A model generated the notes under the pieces. It was not told where the DNA came from, did not search any database, and worked only from the letters and a program-made list of their open reading frames with translations. The position numbers were made by a program, and so were the translations under genes. A DNA stretch of 64,000 bases from positions 19,998,150 through 20,062,149 of the forward strand of contig NC_134026.1 in assembly GCF_964204645.1 (NCBI RefSeq). Direction: 5' to 3'. The stretch comes from Tubulanus polymorphus. Taxonomy: Eukaryota > Animalia > Nemertea. Every line of letters begins with the position of its first letter. Within the stretch, counting starts at the first letter, position 1. Positions 1 through 12,389 of the stretch are shown here, piece by piece.

Positions 1-85
1 ACTTTGGGTGTGGTCTTTTGTATTGTATGGAAAATCTGTAATCTGGATATGGATAATGAAGTGCCATGCAACAAATATATATTAA

Positions 86-305
86 GGCTAAAAAAAATTG
101 ATACCTTGTTTCTCCGCTCTGCTGAGCTTAAATGTTGACCCGGCCGGCCGCCTATCTACCCTATACATTACTTTTTTTTAAATCGTGATCAATTTTACCA
201 TAACAGACCCGGCCGGTATAGAAATGAACTGTTTATAAATTTTATCATATTTTACAAAAATGACCCGGCCGCTGCGGAGAAACAAGGTATCATTTTTGTT
301 TAGCC
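86..305. mobile_element. MITE with GGCTAAA...TTTAGCC termini (Kolobok-like)
   Basis: TIR ggctaaa...gataccttgtttctccgc / gcggagaaacaaggtatc...tttagcc, left flank TTAA. Confidence 0.6.
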
Positions 306-587
306 TAATAATTAGGTTTTATTGCCCCTAGCCTATATTTCTTCGTCTCTCCTTGGGTAGAAATACCCTCCGACCCACTGTACTACTCAGTGTTTAGCAG
401 TCATCTATCATTTGCTCATGGGCGTGGATCATTTGCTCATGGGTGTGGAGAAGGGCGATGAATGCAAACTGTCTTGCCCAGGGACTCTACATGTAGTACT
501 ACACTGATTTCAAACCCCCAAGAGTGAAAGTTATACGAAGTCAGTGTTTTTGGGGAAACACTGTATGATCCAACGTTCTTTTTTCAG

Positions 588-3500
588 AGATCTGCGAAAA
601 TACTCCGATTGGAAATCGATGGTGTTCCGCATCGATAAATGCGATTACTACAACTCGATGGGCAGTAATTTCAATAATGTGTCGAAACTAATGGAAGACA
701 CCCCCGTTAGGTAAAATCAGAAATGGATAAAAATCGATTTCACGGTTCCATCCTCAATTCCCTGCATTACTTACTAATCATTTTAGTTGTACTTTTTGAA
801 CAGCGCTAAACTCCGAGAATTGGTCATTGATTTGAGAGTGCCTGAATTCAATCATGTCCTGCCTAAAACTGACATTGCCAAAGGTATGAAATTCTATATG
901 AAGGTATTTTATTTGGCAAGTGTGGATGACGCTTTGAACTGTTCACTTTTTTTTGCAGTGAAGCATATTTTCAAATTGTTGAACAAACCACAGAAAACTG
1001 CTGTTTTAAAGGTGGGTCTTTTGAATCATTTAGACGATAGTTTCTAGAGAATATTGTTCGTAAGTTCCTGGCGTCGGTTTATAGACTGGTATTATCCTGG
1101 GGGTTAACTTAATTCATTTTCAATTGAGTTAACCAGTTAACCCCCTGGTTTGAGTTGTTAGCAGTCTATAGAATCGGCCCCTAGGTTTTGGATCTAACCC
1201 TCAAAGTTGGAAATTTTTTTGAATAAGACCACCAGTCCAGAGGAATCAATTGATTTCGAAAGAAATCTTCCCTGTAATCTAATGGCTTTGTTTCATCTCT
1301 TTTACCAGGTCTTGATGTGCAGAGATTATGTGCTAATTAAAGGCTACCCTGGAACGGGTAAGACATCCACTATTGTTTCATTAGTCAGGGTTCTATCCGC
1401 TATGGGTTTGTCTGTTTTACTGACCAGTTATACTCACTCTGCTGTTGACAATATTCTGCTCAAAATGACAAAGGTAATTTGGCATTGTTTGATTGTTCAC
1501 AACATCGCAACTCCTTATAGTCCAAGATCTTTTATGTTATGTACTTCAATTTCGTAGCATAAACTGGATTTCTTGAGACTGGGAAGGTTAGAAAGAATTC
1601 ATCGCGATATACAGCAATTCTCCGCTGAACATTTGACGAAAGATATCAACAATGTAGCCGATTTAGAAATGTTCTACGCCTCAAAGGTAATGTTCAAATG
1701 GGAATTTCTTTCTTTGATGTAAACTCTTAACTCCTTAACACTATAACATGCTATTGAATGTGGAATTTCAAATACTGTATGATATAATTTGATAGGTGTT
1801 AAATGTTCAAAATTCGCAATCAGTCTCAAAACGATTAAGTTTGGATTGTTTTCCTCATTGAAAACATGAAGTAACCAATAGCGACTAAACCAAACATTTG
1901 AGATTATCTCGTGTTGTGAAACTGGACTCGGACATTTTTTTATGGACTTGAGATTTGTAATACCATGCTATTTAAGAGAGGTACTTTAAGTACCTTCATC
2001 ACTATGGTTATTAAATATCAGAACATAAGAGACTGTGTGCCTATGTAATGGCCTTTCATGTTTACAATGATATGATATGATATGATATGATATGATATGA
2101 TATATGCATGATTGATGTGACGATGTGATGATGTGACTGATTTTCTGACTTTTTCATTTGGGATGTAATTCTAGGATAATCATATCGTTATAGAGGTCTA
2201 CCATCCATACGCTTTTCTACTATGCCATGTTGGTCAGCAAATGATACAAAAAGTGATTTACAATGAAGTTTGTAAATCCCCTGGGCCCGGTTTTATAGAC
2301 TGCTATTATCTTTAACCTGGGGGTAAACTCACTTGAAAATGAATTAAGTTAGCCCCGGGGTTAAAGATGATACCAGTCTATAAAACCGGCCCCTGATTAT
2401 ATTTTCTTGTTATGCATGGCAAGTCTTCAGCGCTGGTTAACCCGCGAACTAAGATGTCACATGCAAGACCTCTATACCCGAGGAGCTTCCAACCATAATA
2501 ATTCAACGAGAATTTGTGTTTTAGATGATAGTTGCTACGACATGTTTAGGCGTGTCTCATGCGATGTTCACTCAGCGTATGTTCGATGTGTGTATCATTG
2601 ACGAGGCGTCGCAGGTGCTGCAGCCGGCTTGTATCGGACCGTTGTTTTTTGCGAAGAAATTTGCCTTGGTTGGTGATCCTGAACAGTTGCCTCCTGTAGT
2701 GCAAAGTAAAGATGCTGTGTAAGTACCGTCGGATAATGGTAGATGGATAGATAGGGTCGGGTCCCTACAACTCCTTGATTGATTTGAAAATCCTTTAAAG
2801 GTGCTTGAAACTCATTTAATTGGAGCAAAATGCCCGAAACTTCTTTCAAATTCTTTTAACTTTGAGGAATAGGCAATTAGAAATTTTGTCCTGCTTGTAG
2901 TTGTACAGTTTTGTCTAAATTGGTGCAGTATTGGGAACAGGATTATTTTTTTCAACCCAATTAGATGATTACCGAATTAGAAACTGATTTTAGGTATTGT
3001 AAAGGATAATTTGCTTACAAAACCACCAAATTGATAATTCATCCAGGAAGAAAGACACTCTAAATATTTGGATGGATATATGAAAGCTGTGGGTACTGGA
3101 GTGTGTAATGGGTAGTGTAGTGTGATCTGTGTGCATTTGTGGCCAGCACACAGATCACATTGTTCAATGGTCCAGGACTCGCGAGATTTTCAACAACACG
3201 GAAGTAACGTGTAATAAATGATGACTTGAATTGCATAACTACCTACCACCCCTCATTATTGTTGGAAAACTAAACGTTCGGCAGTGACTAAAAATTAGTA
3301 ATAACATTTTAGAAATGGCCAGAATTTTAACTTAGGTTCTATCTCATTTTTATCTTACAATTGCGATTGGTATAATTTTTTTTTAATCGGCCGTTAAGGC
3401 TTCATGTTTCGTCTGCAATTCACTGCAAATAGTTACGCAACTACGCACATTTCAGTGTTTTTGGTAGCTGTACACTCAATCGGCACCGTTAGTGACTAGC

Positions 3501-6500
3501 TTCACTGCGGAATTATCATTAATTAACATCGCCATATCACATCATCAACTTATATTGTGCCTTAAAGCCCTAACAGCCGAAATAATTGAAATGCACACAC
3601 GATTTCTATCATTGAAAATTGAGAGAGTGGCCATGTTTGTGTTTGCTGCTTCGCGTAAATCCCGCGCGGTGGCGCAACCACGCGGAGTGGGGCCGATACG
3701 TCAAGATAAACAGTACCGATTTAGGAGGACTCTACTATAATTGGGATATTAAGTTATGCAGACGCTTCTTCTAGATTTGAAATTTTCTCCTTTAAAACTC
3801 CTTATATCCCGAAGGATTGTCTATAGGGAGCCTGAATGATTTGTTAAAGCAACAAATTAAAACTGAAAACTCCACTCAACATCTTCGAACAAAAGTTGAA
3901 ATTGCCAGTAAAATTTTTACCAGTGTACTGTAATGCCAGACACACCAAGCTCAGTTCCTTTCGCTCAAATATTTTCAAGAGACTTTTTATATCTGCTTAA
4001 CCCTTTCAGTGCATCTACACCGCGCCGTGATGTAGATGCACTATAGTGGTATTATTCAACACACTAGGGTGGAATTATTCAAAATTTTCAAATTATCTCC
4101 AGCACTATAGGGTATTGATTAGTCAGCACTGAAAGGGTTAAAGAAGTTTGTTCATTCTTCTTTTCAGAGCATTAGGAATGGCTGAAAGTCTGTTCCAACG
4201 ATTGGATACATCGCACGCTACATATGAACTCAATGTGCAATACAGGATGAATAGGTATGAAGTAATGGATGTTTTAATACCAGGACAATGTAGTTTGAAT
4301 GAAGATACGGCTGAATAAAAAAGAAAATACCACAATGTTTATCGAAAATCATGGGGAATTATTTTCAGACCAATTATGACTCTCAGCAATGAGTTGGTAT
4401 ACAACGGCGCTTTGAAATGTAACTCCGTCCAACAAGAACAGCAATGTCTACAAATTCCGAAACTTGATGTCCTGTTACAAGTAAGTTTCGGTTTGTGCTA
4501 GGGGATGAATGAATTAAACATTGGCATGTCATAGAGATGATTAATTTCTTCTGCTTAGTTGCAAGAATCTTGTCAGTGGTTAGCGGAGTGTATAAGTGGC
4601 AACCCGGGGCGAGAGGTAGTTTTCGTAGACACCACCCTTGTGAGTATCTATTTGTGAATCGTAAGAATTCGAATGTGTTTCCGGTGTATGTATTTTATAG
4701 CATTTCACAAATATTTGAATTCATCGCCTGAGGAGAAATTGAAATTTTTGCCATATTCCTCTATATATACCTGCTTTCACATCTTACTAGGTTCCATGTC
4801 CGGAAAGTCGTAACGCTAAAGGAATGATGCAAAATGAGAAAGAAGCTGTGTTATGTTCTCAGATTGTTCATGCATTATTAACAGTAAGTATTCTTCGAGT
4901 AATTGACAGGGTGGCCACTGATTCAGAAAACCGGGAAAACTCAGGGAATCAGAAAAATCAGGGAAAAACTCTAGGAAATTTGGATATGTTATTGACCTTA
5001 ACATTTTAAACCAAGAAAATCTATCTTGGATTTGACTCGGTGAATTTTGTGTTATAACATGGAAAAATCCAGGAAAACTGGATTGTGGATTTTTGGAACG
5101 ATTGTTTATAGATTGTTTATAGGGTATGTGTGTGTTTGCAACTAGGGCTCAGATTTTTTGCCCCCCAATCAAAATTCATGTGGCCACCCCTTTAAAACCT
5201 CTTGCGTAGAGCACTGATTACACGCATATTTTTCTCTTTCAAGTGCGGCATCGAGAAAGCAAATGTTGGAGTGATATCGCCGTACAGGAATCAGGTTCAG
5301 TTGTTAGCGCAGACGGTCGAGGGTGCATGCGGTTGCGGCGTTGAAGTGAACACCGTCGATCAGTATCAGGGACGAGACAAGGACATTATAATTATCTCTT
5401 TCACGCGCAGTGTCGAGAATCTGCTGAAAATGGTAAACTATACATGTATACCACAAGTAGCTTTCAGCTACGTATACCATATCATATACTTGCACTGGAA
5501 TCTTGTTACAAAAAACTCTTACTGTGTACATATTCTGGGGCGGAGTCTACTGTATTACATATTCATGATCGAGAATATGTTTATCTTGTCAGGATGTTTC
5601 GAAATGTTCATTGAAAAACCTGTGCCGAATATTTGGGCATCAAATCCTGAAAAGCCACCTTATCAGTGTTTTTAGTAAGAAATTAACAAGCCAGGTCCCT
5701 TCGATAAACAGGAGGGTCCCATAATATGTCACAGTTCCTGAAACGAAAGCTGGTTTGAAAAAACAGGTGGGTCCTTAAAAAACGACAGACGGGTCTGGGA
5801 CCCAGGACCTGGCTCTTATTGAAAACACTGCTTATTCTTAGAGGATACAAAAATCATATTCCTTTTCCGTGTATTTTTAAACTTTTGACAAATGTTTTCG
5901 CAGGCAGGTGATATACTCGAAGATATTCGACGCTTGAACGTGGCAGTTACGAGGGCGAGATGTAAACTGATATTGCTCGGATGTAAGAACACCCTACGAC
6001 ATTTCACGCCGTTATCAAAACTCATCGAGATCTTAGCTTCGCAACAGATATCCTTTTTATGAACATAAGTCGGACTGAAACTCTTTCGTGTTGGAATTTA
6101 GTGTCCTTAGTTTGGATGTTTAGACTTAGTGGGCCAATCCATGTAAATGGACCGTCAAAATTCTGCTGGTACATGTACTTTGAAAATTCAAAACACCTGG
6201 AATCAGGAGTTACCAGGTATTTCTAATTCATTTATAATCCTGATCATCAGCTCCCTCAATCCCATTCAGTGTTCTCCATTGCTAAATGGGTCGCATCATG
6301 ACATTGAGGCTGCTGGCTTTCAATCCCCCAAAAATTCAAGAAATGTTAGCTTAGTTTTGGTCTACCGGGGTAATCTATTTTTCACAATAGCTCAATATAT
6401 TGATAGAATATTAATATCCACGCTGGTAAGGGCAGAAAATATTTTCTAAGGAGTGGCTGATTCTCAGAGGGGTGGATGTAAAAGTGAAAGGGGTGGCCAC

Positions 6501-6882
6501 CCCTCTAAAACCTGTTTTGGAGAACACTGCCCTTATGTACGCATTTTAAGCACTGTGAACATACTCCTTGGTAAAAGTGATAGTCAGCTGTTTATCCTAT
6601 CTAACCCTTTTGTTTTTCATAGGGGCCAGTTGCTGAAAGGTTGGTTAAAGTTAACTTTTACCAACTGTTGATTAGCTCTGCTAATTTCAACCTTGTAAGA
6701 GACAAGAAAAATCGGTCGGAAAATGATATATCCACTATCTACGTACATGTACTATACACGTAATAAAACCTATTTCATATGATCCTTAACTCATCCCTTA
6801 CATACTACCTCTACCTGTCGGCGCCGATCGAATTTATACCGGTTTTAAATGTGCTACTAGTGATGATGAACAAATCAATTGA
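588..6882 (+). CDS. DNA2: DNA replication ATP-dependent helicase/nuclease DNA2, 3' portion (5' exons lie upstream of the window)
   Basis: Spliced exons 588-710, 804-883, 959-1011, 1309-1473, 1558-1686, 2525-2718, 4168-4254, 4369-4480, 4559-4639, 4791-4883, 5244-5432, 5904-6047, 6802-6882 join in frame. SF1 helicase motifs: GYPGTGKT (Walker A), [18 protein letters not shown] (Walker B), [43 protein letters not shown]. The GxPGTGKT...[14 protein letters not shown] context is DNA2-like. Confidence 0.93.
2068..2104. repeat. (TGATA)n microsatellite
   Basis: About 7 pentamer copies in a DNA2 intron. Confidence 0.9.
2284..2392. mobile_element. Palindromic MITE (PIF/Harbinger-like); related copies at about 1069-1181 and 27175-27281
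   Basis: TIR GGCCCGGTTTTATAGACTG / CAGTCTATAAAACCGGCCC flanked by CTG on both sides. Confidence 0.7.
4001..4137. mobile_element. piggyBac-type MITE; other copies at 10513-10770, 11867-12171, about 26256-26700, about 34023-34300 and 36864-37063
   Basis: TTAA|CCCTTTCAGTGC...GCACTGAAAGGG|TTAA; shared internal sequence among copies. Confidence 0.85.
6048..6801 (+). other. U12-type (minor spliceosome) AT-AC intron, last intron of DNA2
   Basis: 5' site ATATCCTTT at 6048, branch point TCCTTAAC at 6783-6790, terminal AC at 6800-6801; joining gives an open frame ...LIEILASQQ|[12 protein letters not shown]...EQIN*. Confidence 0.92.
6267..6529. mobile_element. MITE with CAGTGTTCTCCA/TGGAGAACACTG termini; related copies near 388-563 and 19350-19536
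   Basis: Terminal inverted repeat plus shared internal text ggctttcaatccccca(a)aaa...ctctaaaa.ctgtt.tggagaacactg. Confidence 0.6.
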
Positions 6883-7067
6883 ACTGTGATAGATTTTCCG
6901 CATTCCCTGTGATTTACGTGAGGATATCTTTTTCTCAAGCCGCTGGTTGTCCTGATTACACATGTGATCTTCTACATGATAATGTGTCGTGAAGATTAGA
7001 TTTATCTGTATATAACGTGGATATTGTTATTTTATGCGATATTCATCATCCATATGAAGAAATACGG

Positions 7068-7627
7068 CAGTCAACCTCGGTTAATCCGTCTGTGGTTAAA
7101 CTGTATACCTAAGTGCTTATTCCGTATCAATAGTTTGTCCCGTTTTCAAGAAATGTTATACCCTTTAAAATTCTGCGTCTAATCCGTGTTTTCACTTATT
7201 CCATTTACAAAATACGCGGGCCCGTTGCCTAATTTCTATGTAAATACGTTGTGTGCAGTCCATATCAGCTGTCAGGAACATTCATTTGTTAAGAATTTAA
7301 GCAACTATAATCTACAAGTAATGAGGTTAAATGTGGTCAGTTGGAAATATGAGAAACTCCATAAAACGTTGAAGTAATCCATCAATGTCATTGTTTCGAG
7401 CTCCTCCATTTAATGATGGCTCCTGCTTTCATATTGCTTTCACGTGTCTTAATCGTAGCCACATGATTTTAAGTAAATGATTTAGACATCTTTAAACCGG
7501 CTATTGCACTGGTTATCCGCTTAAATCATCGTTTATGGATTATGATTAATTCCTAGAACTCGTGCGGATTATCTGTTATCCCTGTATCACTCAGTCCCGA
7601 GTGAAACGGATTAACCGAGGTTGACTG
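7068..7627. mobile_element. Tc1/mariner (pogo/Tigger-like) MITE
   Basis: TIR CAGTCAACCTCGGTTAATCCGT ... ACGGATTAACCGAGGTTGACTG, TA at the right flank. Confidence 0.7.
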
Positions 7628-8942
7628 TATTTGTTATTTATGTGGTTACATTTTATTGCCATTACGTCACACCTGAAGACTTTTTTCTTCAGTACCTGTA
7701 TACACTACAATACATTTAGTGGATATAAGGATAACTAAAGATTTCAGAAACTAACCTAGAAATTCTGAAGTAAAACCTGTTCATCGACAGCATTACATGT
7801 GGCGGCATAGTTTGCCATAGTTGCATTTAGTTAAGTCTTCCCGTAAGAGTATTTATATTCTTATTTTGGAGATCTTTAGACGTGTATTTATCTTCAAATT
7901 TTTAGATGCATTTAATTAATTCCAGTATGAACGTATTGTGACTAAATGTATATAGTTTACTTGAGTATGAGATGTATTGCACCGTAAGTACCATATGACA
8001 ATAAATACCTGGCATGTATTTAGCATTTTTGACAAAATTTATAGTTGTCTTCTTAGGTTGTATTTTCTTCCTGTTGGAATTCAATTTATTCATTGGACAG
8101 TGCTTTACATGTACAACAACTGTAAAACTGGACTGGTGATATCTTGTTCAATTAAGTTGGGACTGACAAGTTGAAGTGGATATGCAGAGACCTGACCTCA
8201 CTCAGACATGGCTAACTCCAACTTTTGACTAGTTCGGACAAAAACGAAATCCGTTTTTTTTCCTAATTTCCAAATGTATTTTCCTATCTTTAACTCGGAC
8301 TTCGCTTATATTGGACCAGTTTTTGCCAGTCCAGTTTAAGTTAGGCAAGGTTAACTGTACATATGCAGTTGGCAAAACGGAACATCTGCATTATGTCTTG
8401 GACCTAGTCAAAGTTAATCCCCCAATATACCGCCATACTCTGCCAAAATCCTAAATCACCAAAGTGGGCTGTATGTCAATACATACATTGTAAACCACTT
8501 ACACACTATAAAGAAACCAATACACACTATAAAGAAACCAATAAGAGGTAAGATGATATAGATGAGACTTTATTGTCCAAATCTAACAAAAGCACCTCAG
8601 CAAAATGCCATGCATTGCTTTACATGCTTGCAAAGCATAGAATAAAGGAATATATTTTAGACACACCCTTTCCTTGCATTTTAAGCGAATAATCAACGGA
8701 TTGACACTTACTTTACTTTGGAATTATGTAGTTGAACCTCCCTTGCAGTACAAAAACATTCGAATTTATGCAACAAACTTTCTGGGGACTGATCAAATTC
8801 TACCAAGGTCCACAATCCACGAAAATATGCAAAATGAATTGATCATGGTTGTAAACTGTATTACAGTTCAAGAGCCATAATTTGCATTTTTATATTGCTT
8901 CTCAACAGTTAAAGCTAAATGATTGAAACAGAAGGCATTTTG

Positions 8943-11900
8943 TCACGAGAGAGATTTCATCAAACTGATGGACGAGTCTTTATAACCGGTTCCGAAATGA
9001 TTCCTGAAAATATACAACAATGGATTTATCAATACATCAATCTAGGATAGTCTGAGGCTAAGAGGAGCGAGGCATTTATTCCACTGGAGGTTGTCTACTT
9101 AACTAAACCTATATGAAATTTCAATTGTGATTTTAATTACATTGTCTATTCAGGACCCACTTTCACAGTTTTGAGTTAAGATATGATTCTAGGATTAAAT
9201 CAATTTAATGACCTTACTGGTATTAATACTCAATGGAATTGAACTGAACTCAGAACTGTGGAACTAGGTCATGGTTTGAACTAGTATTAAGCTAAAGTTA
9301 ACACTTTTCAGCATTTTTGGTGCAGAAAAGGTAGCACCTTTCTGTGAATTGCACCCGTGATAGACATAGTAACTGTTCACCATGATTTGTCAGACCATCG
9401 CAATAACCTATGGACAAGTCACCTATGTCATCCATGCACTAGGACATGTTTACTGCCCTGAAGTGCTTGCTTTTGATTTTTTTTTATCAACGCAATAGTA
9501 TTACGATTATGAATGCTGTCCAAAATGTAAATTTCAAGTCAAGAAGTAGCATTTTTCAGCACTTACTGACATTTTTGTGAAACGTACTGGTAAGTACAAA
9601 TCAGTGCCTTATCAATTTTTTTCCAAAATATAGCACTAAATTGACTTGCTATGACTCATGTAGGTGCTGATAAAGGATCATACGTTGAACTATGGAGTCT
9701 GACTACTTACCAATGATTCAAGTAGTGAAACATTTGATAAAGACCCAGTCGTTGACTATGTCCTGGTTGCTTTGGCAATAACTTGAAATATTCGTCGTAA
9801 AACATTTTGCTGAAACCGCCGAACATGCTCGCGATTCCTAAGTCGAATTCCGAATGTCCGTAGAAACTTGCCGGGTCGAACACCACTGTCGAAAAAATGA
9901 ATTCATTCAAGTGAGAGTATTAGTGAGAAAATGCTACAGAAGACACCGCCTGCCTCGAATCTCGCGAGACCAATACATTCTCTTTGAGGAACGCAAAATT
10001 CCGGGCAATCGGAGCAGGGATCGGTCCTAATCACGACGAATTGGAGTAGGAAATTTTTTTGAGGCAATCAAATCCAGGGCGAACGAAGTCTACTGTGTAT
10101 CAAAATTTGCAATCTATTATCGCGAGGAGTGACAAAATTCTATATAAGTTCAGCTTATGACAGCCTTTTCGAATTTCATCGGCGAATCATTAGCCTGCGA
10201 TTGAATTCGAGTGACCAAGGTTCACACTTTTTTCAAAGATTTACTTCTTGCCAAAGTTGTTCTGTCACATTTCGATGACATCATACACCACTAATTCACC
10301 GATTAAAAAATTCATATCATTTAGTAGATTACCTGGTTCACCGTCGAGTTCACCAGCATTTCCACCCCACAGATCTCCGTGCATGAGAGCCGGCGTAATT
10401 TCTAAACCCTTGAAATATTCCGGTATTTTACGTTGCAATCGGGGCCACCATTCTACGACGTCTCGATCGCCAGTCTTTGAAGTTGAAAAATAACAACACG
10501 CGTTACCATCAACCCTTTCAGTGTGTCTACACCGCAGAGCAGTGCGATGTATCAATCGGTGTTCAACTTAGCTAGTACACAGCATCAGGATGTTATTATT
10601 AACTAGCTTTTATCGCTATCAAAAGATGACAGCACTTGTCAAACGTACTGAAATATTAGTAATGATACACCGCACCAGGGTGTAGAGGCACTAAAGCAGT
10701 ATGCTCGTTATTCAACACAATGGGATGAAATTTTCAGCACTTGGGTAATAATAAGTCGGCACTGAAAGGGTTAATGAGAATTGTCATTTATTATCAAGCA
10801 TGGGCATTATGAACAGAACTGGAGAAAAGCACATTAGTCTGTGATATCTTCCATGGCCTGCTACAGATGATTGCTTCAGATACAATGGTACACAGGCAAC
10901 GAGTGAACATTGTTATGAAGAGCAAAGGTAACGCAAAGGGTTGAGTCTGCACGGCATACACTACTCTATTTCCATGTTGCACATTCTTACCTCATTGATG
11001 ATCTTATCGACTTGCAGCTGTAATTTCTGTCTGCTAAAGAATATCTGAAATTTAAGAAGAACATTGAATTTTCTGAAGTTCTAAAAGAAACAACAGCAAA
11101 GATACGCGAATATTGTAGCTACGAAACGGCTTACGTACCACCCAGTCATCGATCCAAGAATTATCTTGCGGAATGAATCCGCAACAAGTCGGCACATGGA
11201 AACCAAACTTTTCGATATACTTGACATCTTCACCTTGTTTATGAACTGAAGTTGCCATGCTTTCGGATTTATCCTTTATTTTGGTGTTGTGAAGATGCAT
11301 CCTACAAAAAACGCAGGAATTATAGAAGTAACTATAATGCCATTTAGATCTCAATCATAAACTGATTCTATAATCATGAACTCAATTTTATGTATTTCTT
11401 TCAAATATTTTACCAAGCATGAGTGATAAGATCCAATTGACAAGATTCTTTTAGCTCTCTTAAATGACAGCAACATATTGAATACAAAGTTATTTTCTTA
11501 CCGAGCTAAAAGATGTCCTAACTTTCCTGCATTTTGTCGGCCCAAACCTGTCATGTTCAGATATTCCATGACGAAAACTGTGCCATGTTTTTTATCATCA
11601 AACACCTTAAAACCATGTAATACGTGATAGTAACAAATTAAATTGCCAGTAAGGATTCGCAGAACTTGGAAAATTGAGACATTTTTTATGCCTCGGGTAC
11701 AGATTTGACATGGTACTGGTACCTTGATTGGTTTTGGTACACGTATCGAATTAGTTGCAGCAATTGCTTTGAGGCTTTCATATTCTCCATCAAACATTAA
11801 CCTAGCCTGAATTATCAGAGATCAAATATATAAGTCGCAAACGAGAGGGAGAGGAAGAGAGCTTAACCCTTTCAGTGCATCTACACCACAGTGCGGTGTA

Positions 11901-12346
11901 TAAATCAATGATGGACTTTTCTTATACACTGCATCACAGTATCACAGTGTATTGATGTAGGCTCTAATCAGTTTTCATATCAGGCAGTTCCTGTCAACCA
12001 CTGTTAAATATTAGTACCGGTAACTAATGATATACCGCAATGTAGACTGCAATGTAGTTGCATTATAGCAGTATGACTGGTATTCAACATACTAGGGTGG
12101 AATTTTTAAAAAATTTCTAATCATCTCTAGCACTTTAGGGTATAGGCCTAAATTGATTAGGACTGAAAGGGTTAACCCCAAACTAATCTAAATGATACTT
12201 GCCCCATGTTTTTTATTAACTTTTGCGAATATGTGTCCCTCAGAATCAGTCATAAATCCAGCACCAGAGCTAATACAGCCGCTTCCATCTCTTCCATAGC
12301 TTTTAACTGATTTACATCCCAACTCCTTCTTCAATAGTTCCTCCAT
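8943..12346 (-). CDS. FN3KRP: Fructosamine-3-kinase / ketosamine-3-kinase (FN3K/FN3KRP family), 8 coding exons
   Basis: Exons (minus) 12346-12203, 11806-11723, 11605-11502, 11301-11139, 11044-10991, 10474-10333, 9885-9711, 9003-8943. Family motifs: [83 protein letters not shown]. An in-frame upstream ATG at 12397 is an alternative start. Intron 1 needs a GC donor. Invertebrates may have a single co-orthologue of FN3K and FN3KRP, so the symbol is approximate. Confidence 0.92.
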
Positions 12347-12389
12347 TGTTTTAGTGGCCGTCCTGGAATAAACCATTTTACAGTTGCTA

